A DNA stretch of 58,802 bases, from the IMG/VR virus record IMGVR_UViG_3300036760_000108, positions 1 to 58,802 of that record; one strand, given 5' to 3'. The notes beneath the pieces were generated by a model. The model worked only from the letters and a program-made list of their open reading frames with translations, was not told where the DNA came from and searched no databases. Positions 36,773 through 47,049 of this stretch are shown in pieces; positions within the stretch are counted from its first letter, which is position 1; each line of letters opens with the position of its first letter. Position numbers and translations under genes: made by a program. The stretch comes from a virus (Duplodnaviria; Caudoviricetes).

Positions 36773-38005
36773 ATGGCTGATAATTACAATATAAATACGA
36801 CACAAGAACAGTCTTTTGAAGCTGGTGGATTAGATAAAAATAATCCAGCAATGACTTATGTAGATTTTGCTACTAAGATGGCTGAAAATGCCATGAATCA
36901 AAAACGACAAGAACAAATGATTCAACAAGCTATTGAACTTACTAAACAACAGAAACTATCCACTAAACAAGGCCAGGAAGCTGCTGATCTTGGAGTGAAT
37001 CCTAACTTAAAGGATGTCTTTACGATTCCCGAAGCTGTGGCTTATTTAAAAGCTGCTGATGTTGATGAAGCTCAGATTAATGCGTTTGTGACTGCTATTG
37101 GTGATCAAAAGACTGTAAGCAAAGCAGCTGTGGATACGATTATCCGCAAGAAAGAAATGGCTATTAAACCTGGCACACCTTTCATTGCTTCAGAAGCCGA
37201 CGCCAAGAATGGATCCATGGTGACCAAAGAAGGGGATCAGTTAGTTGCTGGACAGTCCTATTATGACACAGGTGAGAAAGATAATGATGGCAATGCTATC
37301 TATGCACACGGTGGAAAAGAACCTGTGGATCAGGAAGGTAAGTTGGCTCTTAAAGATCAGCAACTTGCTCAAAAACAATGGATTGACTTGAACAAGGAAC
37401 TGAATAAGTTCATCAGGTCGTCTCGTGGAAATGCTCTTACACAAGCTGCTCAACGTGCTGTCCGGGCGTTGAACGAACTTGGAGAAGGTCAGCCTTTGAC
37501 TGCACAGATGTTATCCTTCATCCAAAAAGATATTTCAGGTATCTTCCAAGGCGGCGTTCCTCCGATTTCTGGTATGGAATCAGAAGACTTTACAAACGCA
37601 CTACAACGTATCAATCAACTCATTGCCAAATATACCGGGGTGCAGGGCTATTTGCATCATGACCTTGGAGATCAGAGACAGTACTTGCTTGGACTTCTAA
37701 TGCGCTTACGTGATAGTACCAATGGAATGTTAAAAGCGGGATTGGCTTCAAATGCAGAAGGCTATCGTACTATCATTGACAGTAATCCTGAACAATGGCA
37801 AAAACTTGTTGCTGATAAAATGACAGCTGTGGAAGCTGGACTCTCAGAAAATGCCAAGACTACGATGGGTGCAATGAGTGAGGATAAACAAGGCCAGCTT
37901 GGTCCGGCTATGACACCTAAAGCTACAGGCGGGGCTGACCTTGATGCCAAGAAAGCAGCTCTTCGTGAAAAGTTAACTGGAATGCTTAAATCACAAGGTA
38001 AATAA
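36773..38005 (+). CDS. Putative ejection protein
   Basis: Helical; position. Confidence 0.55.
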   Translation: MADNYNINTTQEQSFEAGGLDKNNPAMTYVDFATKMAENAMNQKRQEQMIQQAIELTKQQKLSTKQGQEAADLGVNPNLKDVFTIPEAVAYLKAADVDEAQINAFVTAIGDQKTVSKAAVDTIIRKKEMAIKPGTPFIASEADAKNGSMVTKEGDQLVAGQSYYDTGEKDNDGNAIYAHGGKEPVDQEGKLALKDQQLAQKQWIDLNKELNKFIRSSRGNALTQAAQRAVRALNELGEGQPLTAQMLSFIQKDISGIFQGGVPPISGMESEDFTNALQRINQLIAKYTGVQGYLHHDLGDQRQYLLGLLMRLRDSTNGMLKAGLASNAEGYRTIIDSNPEQWQKLVADKMTAVEAGLSENAKTTMGAMSEDKQGQLGPAMTPKATGGADLDAKKAALREKLTGMLKSQGK

Positions 38006-38007
38006 CC

Positions 38008-39444
38008 ATGACTCTAGATGAAGCAATTAATAATCTCTCTGAAGAAGAAGTAGACCTTTTGACTAATGATCCTCAGATGCTTGAGGAATTCAAACAAAAG
38101 TTTTCTGCTCATGCGCCTCAAAGTGTGATGGGAACTGTTGGTGAAGCTACCAAACGCCTACTTCCTACTAGAGAAATGTTAGAAGCTCCACTAAAAGCTA
38201 GTGACAAACTAGGAACAATGGTGGAAGCTGGTGGTGCTGGGATTGCGGATATTGATGCCAATCTTCTACCTCATGCAGCTAACCTCATTCCTGGTGTGAA
38301 CATGAAGACGGAGCCCTTCCTTCCTGCTGTTCAGCAAGCCGGACAGGATGTTCAGAATGTTATGGCAGGCCTTGCTCCTGAAACGACTGCTGGCAAAGCT
38401 GGTAAGTTCATAGGGTCCTTTTTAACGCCCAATCAAATTGCTCTTCAAGCTACTGGTGAAGCAGCTGCAAAACCAATCATTAAAGGATTAGGATATGGAA
38501 TTAATAAGATTGGTTCTCTCTTGGCTCCTGCCAGTGAAGAAGCGCTACCTGGTGCGGCCAAAGCTGTAGGAAATGTTTTGTCTACTGTGAGTGGTGTTGG
38601 TACACCTGAACTTGAAACTGTGATGACCAATCCACAAGCAGTTGCGGCTGCTAAATCCTTTCCTCAAGTGGCAGAAGATGTGGCTGGCTCAATGAACAAG
38701 ATGACAGAGCATTTAAGCAACCTAGAGAAAGCAGCCACTGCGACCTTGGATGCAACTAAAACCATTCCTGTTAGTACAATAACTGATGCTATTGAAGCAG
38801 AAATTAAAGCTCTTAAATCATCAGCTATTCCTCCTCATGGAATGCATAGTCCAATTGACGTTTTAGAAAGTATGCTTGAAAAAGTAAAAAGTCAAGGACC
38901 AAAGACTCAACCAGAAGCGGCAAAATGGATTAAACAGGTCCAAGGAAAGATTAACTGGAACGATCCTCTAGGTAGTGAGCTTAACGAAGCCCTGACGCAT
39001 GTGCAAAGTACGGTTAATGATGCATTGAAAGCATCTAATCCTGGTTATGCTACCGCCACGGAGAACTTCTCCAATGCTGTGAACCTCAAAAATGACCTCT
39101 CAAAGGCCATGGGCATGAGTAAAGAGGCAGGTTTGGCTGGTAAATTCAGCCCAGAGAACGTTTCTGTCGCTAAATTAAAGGGATTATTGAATCCAGATTC
39201 AGCTTTAGCCACTAAAAAGATGCTTGGACAATTTGCTGAGGTACCGGGAGTACCTAATTACATGGACATTGCCAAGCAAGCGGCAGCGAAAGCGGCATTG
39301 GGACAGGGTGCAAGAGCTAGACTGGCTGGTTTCTTGGCCGGAATGGTGCCGGGAGCTGGGCGGGCGGCTGGAACAGCGGTTTCTGGAGGCATTAAGAGCC
39401 TTCCTGCAGCTGGAAATGCTGTATACCAAGGATTGATTCAATAA
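38008..39444 (+). CDS. Putative ejection protein
   Basis: A/G-rich helical; position. Confidence 0.55.
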   Translation: MTLDEAINNLSEEEVDLLTNDPQMLEEFKQKFSAHAPQSVMGTVGEATKRLLPTREMLEAPLKASDKLGTMVEAGGAGIADIDANLLPHAANLIPGVNMKTEPFLPAVQQAGQDVQNVMAGLAPETTAGKAGKFIGSFLTPNQIALQATGEAAAKPIIKGLGYGINKIGSLLAPASEEALPGAAKAVGNVLSTVSGVGTPELETVMTNPQAVAAAKSFPQVAEDVAGSMNKMTEHLSNLEKAATATLDATKTIPVSTITDAIEAEIKALKSSAIPPHGMHSPIDVLESMLEKVKSQGPKTQPEAAKWIKQVQGKINWNDPLGSELNEALTHVQSTVNDALKASNPGYATATENFSNAVNLKNDLSKAMGMSKEAGLAGKFSPENVSVAKLKGLLNPDSALATKKMLGQFAEVPGVPNYMDIAKQAAAKAALGQGARARLAGFLAGMVPGAGRAAGTAVSGGIKSLPAAGNAVYQGLIQ

Positions 39445-39445
39445 A

Positions 39446-40042
39446 ATGACTGCACAAGATGAATTTCCGGGTAATGGGTTTCAAGGGGATATTGATTATC
39501 TCAATTCTGACTATAATGCTGGGGAACCTGCTGAAATACGCTTTCTAAAGGCTCTTATGGCTGCTGGTGGAGGGGCCGGCATGGCCCAATTAGCGGCCTC
39601 TACCCCGGTTTTGGCTAAAGGAGCCTATGCGACATTAAAAGGCCTCGGAAACGCAGGGGAAATGGCCTTGGGTGGCACTCCTGAAGCTCTTGCTGGCGCC
39701 AAAGCTGTACAATCAGGATTAGAAGCGCCACAATCGGGAATAACAGTATTCATAAAAGGTATTCAAAAAGGCGTAAATGGAGAGCAAATACCGATTTACG
39801 GTGTAAAAGGTCCAGCAAACGAATTAAAAGCTTTATTTGGTGATGAAGCGCCTGGATCTATACCAGAAAGTATATTACGTACTAAAGGTCTTATTCCAGA
39901 ACAAGTTCCAGAGTCTCAAAATCGTCTTGCCCCTTTTGCTCAGGATTTAAGAGAATTGTGGGGGAATTTAGCTTTAGAACAAAGCGGAACACCATTAAAG
40001 ATACGGGCTCCTTATATGCGGCCCGATGCAATTAATAAATAA
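39446..40042 (+). CDS. Hypothetical (virion-associated) protein
   Basis: ORF in operon. Confidence 0.55.
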   Translation: MTAQDEFPGNGFQGDIDYLNSDYNAGEPAEIRFLKALMAAGGGAGMAQLAASTPVLAKGAYATLKGLGNAGEMALGGTPEALAGAKAVQSGLEAPQSGITVFIKGIQKGVNGEQIPIYGVKGPANELKALFGDEAPGSIPESILRTKGLIPEQVPESQNRLAPFAQDLRELWGNLALEQSGTPLKIRAPYMRPDAINK

Positions 40043-40058
40043 GATATGGGGTATTAAA

Positions 40059-40226
40059 ATGCCGAGTAAAACTGTTGATGCAGTAATCAAAGCTGTAGCT
40101 AGTCTTCATGACTCTGTTATTGAAATTAAAACAGATATGCGATGGATTAAAAGAGGTATGATAGGTCTTTATAGCGCTGTTGGTATTGCTTGTATTGGCG
40201 CTTTAGTTGAGGCACTACTTCACTAA
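40059..40226 (+). CDS. XhlA-like coiled-coil + TM lysis protein
   Basis: IEIKTDMRWIKR followed by C-terminal TM. Confidence 0.55.
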   Translation: MPSKTVDAVIKAVASLHDSVIEIKTDMRWIKRGMIGLYSAVGIACIGALVEALLH

Positions 40227-40382
40227 CTTGTTTGTAGGGAGGTGGACAATGCAATGGTTGTTAATAATTGCTTATGCCATCGTGTATCACCCATCCGTCT
40301 AGTTTGGAATGAACCTCTAGGAAAAATGTATATTTGTTTGATTTGCAGTGGTTGGATCACAATCTACTGGGGGAGTTGAAAA

Positions 40383-40598
40383 ATGAAAATATGTCCTCAA
40401 TGCAAAATGTCAACTAAAGCCTCAGAGAGAATTGGAACTGATCATAAAACCAAAAAGAATTGGCTTATCACATTCTGTGCGAAATGTGGATATAATTATG
40501 ATTTAGAGGATTATAAAGGAAAGGTTTTGTCACCAGAAGAAGAGATGAATAAATATCCTTGGCCGGATACACCTCAGAAATATTGGCCAACACTTTAA
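40383..40598 (+). CDS. Zn-ribbon protein
   Basis: CPQC...CAKC; GGGGAG RBS. Confidence 0.65.
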   Translation: MKICPQCKMSTKASERIGTDHKTKKNWLITFCAKCGYNYDLEDYKGKVLSPEEEMNKYPWPDTPQKYWPTL

Positions 40599-40655
40599 AG
40601 CCTGATGCGCGTCAGGCAATTAGGACGTTCAGGGCCTCCTCCCCTTGAATGTCCG

Positions 40656-40690
40656 GGCCGTGGGCTTCGTGCTCACGGCCTTTTCTATTT
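40656..40690 (+). terminator. Intrinsic terminator
   Basis: GGCCGTGGGC-TTCGT-GCTCACGGCC followed by TTTTCTATTT. Confidence 0.8.
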
Positions 40691-40784
40691 ACATCCACAA
40701 AGGTGAGTGATTCAGTAACATTGGTGTAGATAAGTCGAATCGCAGATTGCAATATGAAATAATAATGAAACGAAAGGAGAGAGT

Positions 40785-41195
40785 ATGATATTGCGCGTCA
40801 ATAGGTTCAAACAGACGGAGAAGGCTACCCTAGGTAGGCTGTTTATTGATGGGATTGTGGAATGCTATACCTTAGAGGATGTGGTGAGGCCTGATGGAGT
40901 AAAGGTGGATGGACAGACGGCGATTCCTGCTGGTACGTACAATGTTATAATCGACGCCTCAACTCGGTTTAAGCGTGACATGCCCCACGTACTTGACGTA
41001 CCGATGTTTACTGGCATACGTATCCATTCTGGTAACACTGACGCGGATACGGAGGGGTGCATTCTTCTTGGAGGGAAACTTGAGAATGATGATTTCATCT
41101 CCGGGTCCAAAGATGCGTTCGCTGCTTTCTTCAAGAAACTGAAAGCGGCCCTTGATGCGGGCGAGGATGCAACACTGTTGATTCATAACGGCTAA
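40785..41195 (+). CDS. DUF5675 family putative endolysin
   Basis: TLGRL, CYTLED, TAIPAGTY, GIRIHSGN, DTEGCILLG. Confidence 0.88.
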   Translation: MILRVNRFKQTEKATLGRLFIDGIVECYTLEDVVRPDGVKVDGQTAIPAGTYNVIIDASTRFKRDMPHVLDVPMFTGIRIHSGNTDADTEGCILLGGKLENDDFISGSKDAFAAFFKKLKAALDAGEDATLLIHNG

Positions 41196-41441
41196 TACCC
41201 CCTCTCGCAGTCACAAGTACATGATCCCTTCTCACACTTCTTGTGGAGGGCAGCACGACACATGGAACAGACAGGCATGTTCGGTTGCATTTCCTCAGTA
41301 GCCATTACAGACTCCTCATGTAGGCAACAAGAATGGTAGACACGGCCAATGCAACGAAGCACCAAGGCTTAGGCGCGATGTATGCGGCTGAATAGGATGC
41401 TCCTGCGAGTACAGCAATCACTGTAACCATTGACAGTCTCC

Positions 41442-41786
41442 TTATGCTTCCGTCACGAAGACGGATAGCTCATATTTGGTGGCAGTCTTGATCATGTTCA
41501 ACGTCCCACGACTCTCTCCATCCCAGATAGCGATAAGCGCATCAGCATACTCGGCCATCTGTTTGTTCCTCTTAGGGCCGGCACTCAAGCCATAAGCTTG
41601 CCATGCGGCAGTGAAGCGCGAGACAGGAAGCTTGTGCGCCAATGCCCACTTCTCTCCAAGCAGGTCCACGTTGCCCGACCCACCACTCACTACCTCAGTA
41701 ATAGGAAATCCTGCCATCTGAATAATCTCCATCAGTCTGGACATGGTGATGTCTGCATGACGACTCCCTGCAATAATGGTTCTCAT
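41442..41786 (-). CDS. SLOG/YspA (DUF2493-like) protein
   Basis: IIAGSR, VVSGG, AGPKRNKQMA, WDGESRGT. Confidence 0.85.
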   Translation of the reverse strand: MRTIIAGSRHADITMSRLMEIIQMAGFPITEVVSGGSGNVDLLGEKWALAHKLPVSRFTAAWQAYGLSAGPKRNKQMAEYADALIAIWDGESRGTLNMIKTATKYELSVFVTEA

Positions 41787-42001
41787 GGTACCATCTCCAC
41801 ATATCTCCATGTTCTTGGTCCTAATTGTTCAGCTATTTGATACCTACGTTTACCATTTATAGTATGCATGGACTCAGTTACGTAAGGTTCTAACCAACAA
41901 GGACGAAAAAGAACTGTAACAATAACCCACGGTTTATCACTTCGATAGACTTTTCTTTCTAATCCATCTGCCGAAGTCAAGACAGCAATAATTCCTTTCA
42001 T
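41783..42001 (-). CDS. Hypothetical protein
   Basis: ATGA-coupled ORF. Confidence 0.5.
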   Translation of the reverse strand: MKGIIAVLTSADGLERKVYRSDKPWVIVTVLFRPCWLEPYVTESMHTINGKRRYQIAEQLGPRTWRYVEMVP

Positions 42002-42077
42002 CGGATCACCAAGTACATCAGGACAGCAATGGCAGCGAACCATCCTAAGATTCCACCAATCAATACGTGTTCAAATT

Positions 42078-43241
42078 TCATTGGAAGTACCCTAACCGAT
42101 TGGCCAGCCAGCCACAGATCAGAAAGTCTAATCCACTGTGGTAGACCCCTCCCCATGTATTGCCCACCCATTCGTCCTTGCTGAACATTGACCGTTGCCA
42201 GAAGAACTCTTGACTCCCACGTTTGTAGAAGGGAAGGGCATATTTGCATCTGACATTGCTTCCCCACTTCACACTTGGCACATCAGGATTCAAACTCTCC
42301 AAGGTGCCTAGCTGTCGGCGGTTGAAATCAAAGGTAGACAAGGCGCGCCGTATGAATGAGCCATCTGGCTTCTCCATGGCAGACGCACATAGCGTATAAA
42401 CCCACGCATTTTGCGTTTTCTCAACGATGCGCCAGATGCGCCTAAGTCCACGAGCGTAGACTTCATCCTTTGTCATCCAATACAGGACATGCAGATGAAT
42501 AGCTGCCCGATGCGTGTCATAGTCCGTGTCCCACCACAAGAGTTTGACCTTGGGATATGCCAAGATAGGCCGATACCGATTATAGAGATCAGCGTAGTCT
42601 TGGTTAAAACTCGGATCATAAGCCATCGCAACGCTCAAGATAGCAAGCAATAGCGTCATCCTGAGTGGATCAGTCTTGATCCCGTCTTCTAATTGTCCGT
42701 ACTTCGTGGGATTTCCATGTAAGTTAACCAATGCCCAAGCATGTGCACGTAAGTTGTTAACCCACGTTCGTAATAGAGCCCCAGCTTTGCCACGAACATC
42801 ATCTGATCCCCAGCGCAGGGCCACATAGAAGAAGAATAACATACCTGTCGCTGAGTCATTCGATGTGGTGTCATTTGGGTCCCCTATCTGATCTGCGTAG
42901 TAGCCACGTATCAAAGTTCCATTCAGAAACAACTGTTTGAGAAAGTCTACCTGCTTTGTGACATCAGCCCCTTTAAGGATTTTCATTCCCGTTACGAGTC
43001 CCTGAAAGAGAGCCGTATCCCCTGCGTCAGTGGGTCTAGGAATCTGATAAAAGAACTCCCCAGACGACTGCATGAACCTTGCTTCCAGATCAGCATAGAA
43101 CAAGGGTTCTAAGGTAGCTGGATAACTGATCGGGTCATATGCCGGTGGCAACTCAAAAGGATCATAGACCTTATTGATCAGGTCTGTCCCACAGATTGCT
43201 CCAACCTTTATCCAATTGACGACGGGCATGAAAAAGTTCAT
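42078..43241 (-). CDS. Uncharacterised all-alpha protein (possible alpha/alpha-barrel enzyme)
   Basis: 387 aa, W/Y-rich helices, GDTALFQG, SNDSATG, SGLDFL motifs. Confidence 0.5.
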   Translation of the reverse strand: MNFFMPVVNWIKVGAICGTDLINKVYDPFELPPAYDPISYPATLEPLFYADLEARFMQSSGEFFYQIPRPTDAGDTALFQGLVTGMKILKGADVTKQVDFLKQLFLNGTLIRGYYADQIGDPNDTTSNDSATGMLFFFYVALRWGSDDVRGKAGALLRTWVNNLRAHAWALVNLHGNPTKYGQLEDGIKTDPLRMTLLLAILSVAMAYDPSFNQDYADLYNRYRPILAYPKVKLLWWDTDYDTHRAAIHLHVLYWMTKDEVYARGLRRIWRIVEKTQNAWVYTLCASAMEKPDGSFIRRALSTFDFNRRQLGTLESLNPDVPSVKWGSNVRCKYALPFYKRGSQEFFWQRSMFSKDEWVGNTWGGVYHSGLDFLICGWLANRLGYFQ

Positions 43242-43296
43242 CTTGTGATCTCCATCAGCGCAAGGTATAGCCAGTAAGCTATTTTATCAAGGAGTC

Positions 43297-43629
43297 TCAT
43301 TCCACAATCTCAGTCGCTACCGAATTATCTTCTCCATCTAGTAGTTTGTATTCAGAGTCCGGGGCATAGAGATACCGTTTGTTCTTCGGCTCACCTGCTG
43401 GTTTGCGGTCACGAAGTTTCAGGTCCAAACCAATGATGTCTCGTGTCATCGACTCCAAGAGCTGCTGCAATCTCAGAATCTCTGCACGGATGTAGTCCTT
43501 CACGACCTGTCGGGCTTCAATCTGCCGACGAAGGTCATAAATATCCAAGTCATCTGTCCTGATAGGCTCAGTGACCACCTTCACGTCATTACTGATCTTG
43601 TTGACGTTCAAACTAAATTCAGAATCCAT
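43297..43629 (-). CDS. Hypothetical coiled-coil protein
   Basis: ORF; GGAGG RBS before MDSEF. Confidence 0.55.
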   Translation of the reverse strand: MDSEFSLNVNKISNDVKVVTEPIRTDDLDIYDLRRQIEARQVVKDYIRAEILRLQQLLESMTRDIIGLDLKLRDRKPAGEPKNKRYLYAPDSEYKLLDGEDNSVATEIVE

Positions 43630-44113
43630 TGTGGTGTGCCTCCTTCTCAAGTCGTTGTACTTCCTGATAAGCTGCCATCTGCTTTCGTAGCCGGGACTGA
43701 ATGATGCTCTTCACATGAAAGAGTTGTGAATAAGTCAATCCAAGAACCTCTTGAATCTTTTCATCCTTCACTCCCTCTTTCACCCAAGCTGTATAGACCT
43801 GTTGCTCAAGAGGTAGAAACTTTGGTAAGCCGACGATACGCTGCATGTCTCGAACGTCACAACGTAATTCGACATATTCTTCCTTCTTCCCTTTGAGATT
43901 GACGGTATCCGCGTCCGTCTGTTCGAGCTGTCCCACCCATTCCATATATCCGGCAGTGTTATCCCAGATATGCTTGAGTGGCCTTGATTCCGTTATCACT
44001 CCACGGAAACCAGCCATCATTTGCTTGACCTGTCGTTGGCAGGGGCCACAGGCTTTATTCAGTAGCCGAATGCTGTCATACGTCAGTTTCTCTGGACAGA
44101 GTGGACAAGACAT
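43619..44113 (-). CDS. Zn-finger + sigma4-like HTH regulator
   Basis: CPLC..CGPC; LPLEQQVY...EGVKDEKIQEVLGLT. Confidence 0.55.
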   Translation of the reverse strand: MSCPLCPEKLTYDSIRLLNKACGPCQRQVKQMMAGFRGVITESRPLKHIWDNTAGYMEWVGQLEQTDADTVNLKGKKEEYVELRCDVRDMQRIVGLPKFLPLEQQVYTAWVKEGVKDEKIQEVLGLTYSQLFHVKSIIQSRLRKQMAAYQEVQRLEKEAHHNGF

Positions 44114-44502
44114 TATTTTGTCTCCTCGGTAGGCACGATAGTATCCGTCACAGGCACGACTGCCGGCGTCGGAGTTGCATCAAGGTTGCTCTCTGCTTTC
44201 ACAGTGTTGGGCACCAAGATTTCGACTTTCGCCTGTTTCTCAGCTTCCACAGCCTCGGCTTGTTTCTTCAAGTCTTCCTTGGCTTCGCTGATCATGGTTT
44301 CAAGCGCCGTCTTGAGCTCATCATCTGTGAACATACCTTTGTCCATGAGTACTTTGTGCAGGGCTTGATTCCGCATCAGTTCCTTGCCTACAATCTCTTT
44401 CAAGACGTGACTGAGGGACATGAGCTGATTGTCCATTGCATCCATACGACCGAAGATAGCTTTAAACGCTGACGTAGCTTGCTGATAGAATGAGGCTCCC
44501 AT
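44113..44502 (-). CDS. Hypothetical helical protein
   Basis: ORF; LMDKGMFTDDEL. Confidence 0.6.
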   Translation of the reverse strand: MGASFYQQATSAFKAIFGRMDAMDNQLMSLSHVLKEIVGKELMRNQALHKVLMDKGMFTDDELKTALETMISEAKEDLKKQAEAVEAEKQAKVEILVPNTVKAESNLDATPTPAVVPVTDTIVPTEETK

Positions 44503-44503
44503 G

Positions 44504-45202
44504 TTATTTATCTCCTTTGGTTAGAAACGATTCGACGCGCTCTTTGACAACCCGGATTTCCTCAGCTTCACGAAAGTTAGAGACTGGAAGCTCGTAGATA
44601 GCCTCTAAAGTTTTTTCGAGCATGACATTGAGAACGTTGGGGTTTTTCTTCAACTCTTCCATCGACATCTCAATCTTCACACTGTTAGGTGTTTTCACTA
44701 TCGTTCTCCTTGGTCCTGCAGTAGCCATTTCTTCTTTCGTCCTTCGTGTCCTCTTTGGTTTCGCTACAAGCACAGCTTGAGCTTTGGCATTGATCAATGG
44801 ATCACTTTGTAAACCACATTCTTCCAATTCCTTTTGTGAGAGCCGAATCATCGAGCTATTTATGACCTTGGGATTAGCATTAGGATCTTTGATCCGGTCA
44901 CAGCTTGAGCACCCACGAGTACTGGTCGTAAGATTATTTACCATCATAGATAAGCAATGCCGTTGATTCGGAGTCCCTTTCTCAAGGACACGGATACATC
45001 GGTCAATACCTTGAAATTGATGAGACTTCTTACCAAAGGCCAGCATACTCAGCAAGTCCTGATTTAATCCAGTCTGCATATCATTCACAGGGGCTTTCAT
45101 TCGAGTATTGCCACCCGTTGCTTCGACACCTTGCTTCCTAAGACTCAAAACATCTTCGTCCGACGCTTCGAGAGTCTTTTCAATATCGTTTTCAGTAGCC
45201 AT
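44504..45202 (-). CDS. Hypothetical protein
   Basis: AGGAGG RBS before ATG 45202; RTRRTKEEM motif. Confidence 0.6.
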   Translation of the reverse strand: MATENDIEKTLEASDEDVLSLRKQGVEATGGNTRMKAPVNDMQTGLNQDLLSMLAFGKKSHQFQGIDRCIRVLEKGTPNQRHCLSMMVNNLTTSTRGCSSCDRIKDPNANPKVINSSMIRLSQKELEECGLQSDPLINAKAQAVLVAKPKRTRRTKEEMATAGPRRTIVKTPNSVKIEMSMEELKKNPNVLNVMLEKTLEAIYELPVSNFREAEEIRVVKERVESFLTKGDK

Positions 45203-45210
45203 GTGTCCTC

Positions 45211-45528
45211 CTATTGCATCCGTGTGAATGGATGTCCGACTGGATTCCGACGAATTAATTGCCAAAATGCTTTACCCTTCGACGGTGATAACATCAACTG
45301 TTCAAACTCGATAGGAGAGATACCCTCATAGAGATATATCCGACCGTTGGTAAATTGAATCTGCATCTGTGCAGTCAATGGTTTGTAACCCCACGCGGCA
45401 ATGTCGCTCGAATTGACAGCCACCATAGAAATCTCACCAAAGAGATTCCCGGCAGCATTGGCCGCTGCTTGAAGCGTTGGTTCAAGAACCGGCTGGTCTT
45501 CGTTATCTTGTGGAAAAATATCATCCAT
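45211..45528 (-). CDS. KTSC domain protein
   Basis: VNSSDIAAWGY...IQFTNGRIYLYEGI...SPSKGKAF. Confidence 0.9.
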   Translation of the reverse strand: MDDIFPQDNEDQPVLEPTLQAAANAAGNLFGEISMVAVNSSDIAAWGYKPLTAQMQIQFTNGRIYLYEGISPIEFEQLMLSPSKGKAFWQLIRRNPVGHPFTRMQ

Positions 45529-45796
45529 GGAGTTTTACCCATTCATCAACAAGCTTCTGGACATTGCGTGCTCGTGGTTTGAAACCATTACACATGCAAT
45601 ACTTCTTTTCACCTCGGTTATAAAAATACTCTCCATTGACTTGATTGTGTTCACACTCTTGTGCAATAAGACCTTGAATATTTAAAGGATAGTCATTATA
45701 TTGCATATTCATTACGACGCCATGATGGTGCTCATCCCAAGTATGGCGACAAGTACATAAAAGATTCTCGTCAAGTTTATAGATAGTGGTTCCCAT
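45521..45796 (-). CDS. Cys/His-rich hypothetical protein
   Basis: CTCRH..EH...C...CMC. Confidence 0.55.
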   Translation of the reverse strand: MGTTIYKLDENLLCTCRHTWDEHHHGVVMNMQYNDYPLNIQGLIAQECEHNQVNGEYFYNRGEKKYCMCNGFKPRARNVQKLVDEWVKLHG

Positions 45797-46021
45797 TTAT
45801 TTCTCCTTCTCTTTCACGACCAAGACTTTCTTGCCAGCCATCAGCTCACGAAGGTCTTCAATCGACATTTCCTTACCAAGCTGCATAGAGACAAGGAGGT
45901 GTTCACGCTCTTCCCGGTTCAAAGGCTGACCAAGTGCTTTCTCTGCTTCTTGGCAACGGGTCCAGAACTTTATGGCGTCATCCAACGTCAACATGTATCC
46001 AGCCTTCGCACGCTTATCCAT
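45797..46021 (-). CDS. Hypothetical protein
   Basis: ORF in operon. Confidence 0.55.
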   Translation of the reverse strand: MDKRAKAGYMLTLDDAIKFWTRCQEAEKALGQPLNREEREHLLVSMQLGKEMSIEDLRELMAGKKVLVVKEKEK

Positions 46022-46115
46022 TATTCTTCATCCTCCACAGTCGAAATCTCTTCTTTCAGGTCGATAATCGTATCATTTTGATACGCTTCATCGAGTTTGC
46101 AGTACAGGCCGTCCA

Positions 46116-46295
46116 TTATAGCCCCCAATTCCTCATCTGTGCGTAGACCTGTTGAGACATGTTCTTGGATTCAAAGTAGTTTTCAAGTTCTTCGATTCCA
46201 GTGTTACTTTCGACTACCGTTTTTAGAAACTTGTCACCAATGACGCCTTCTAAGCCACGGAGCACGATCAATTGCCACAACTCTTGACCTTTCAT
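46116..46295 (-). CDS. Hypothetical protein (59 aa)
   Basis: Read manually; AGGAG RBS, ATGA overlap. Confidence 0.5.
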   Translation of the reverse strand: MKGQELWQLIVLRGLEGVIGDKFLKTVVESNTGIEELENYFESKNMSQQVYAQMRNWGL

Positions 46296-46759
46296 GTCCG
46301 TCTCCTTTTATTGCTATTTTGCTCAGACGAAGTAGCCCACCGACAGTTAAGAGGAGTATAATTTCCGTCATTATCTATTCGATCAAGGCTCATTCCTGTA
46401 GGTTTTGATCCCATATCCTTTAAGAAGTTTTCAAACGATTCCCGCCAAGGACCACAAACCGTAATGCCTCGACCTCCCCAGTGCTTATAATCTCGCCAAT
46501 TTTTACGATAGCATCGTTCATTCATTGAAGTCCACGTTTTATATTCTTTTGTCATACAACCGTCTCTTGCTTGTCCATGCTTTGTATTTAATTTTCCAAC
46601 TTGACTACAATTACTCTTAACTAAGCAACCACAAGATTTCGTATGACCACTACGAATTTCAGTTCGCTTTGCTACAAATACTTTTCCGCAGAAACACTCA
46701 TAAGTCCAGCGAGCATTTCCCCATTTGTCTCTGCGAACAAAGCCTAATTCTCTTAACAT
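46292..46759 (-). CDS. HNH homing endonuclease
   Basis: TKSCGC, WGGRGI, SLDRIDNDGNY..NCRWAT; same family as 647-1099. Confidence 0.88.
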   Translation of the reverse strand: MLRELGFVRRDKWGNARWTYECFCGKVFVAKRTEIRSGHTKSCGCLVKSNCSQVGKLNTKHGQARDGCMTKEYKTWTSMNERCYRKNWRDYKHWGGRGITVCGPWRESFENFLKDMGSKPTGMSLDRIDNDGNYTPLNCRWATSSEQNSNKRRRT

Positions 46760-47049
46760 TAGGCTAGTTTATTCCCATGTCTATAAGATCGAGTCTTATT
46801 GTAGGCCATTTTATCTGTGACAGCTCTCGCAAGATCCCAACCGCGACGACCGCATAGATCAAACACACGAATGAGAACATCAGCCAGCTCTTCCACTGCA
46901 TGTGTATCATCTCCTTTTCGTAAAGATTCCACAGCCTCACTCAATTCACAGTGCATGAGCACAATACACTCAAGATTGGAACGGTCATCCCGCCACCAGC
47001 CTTTTTCTACGGCTGTCTCATGAGCTTCTTTCACTAATTCGTTAATCAT
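46759..47049 (-). CDS. MazG-like nucleotide pyrophosphohydrolase
   Basis: EKGWW, ELSEAVE, EELADVLIR, KMAYNKTR.YRHG. Confidence 0.85.
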   Translation of the reverse strand: MINELVKEAHETAVEKGWWRDDRSNLECIVLMHCELSEAVESLRKGDDTHAVEELADVLIRVFDLCGRRGWDLARAVTDKMAYNKTRSYRHGNKLA

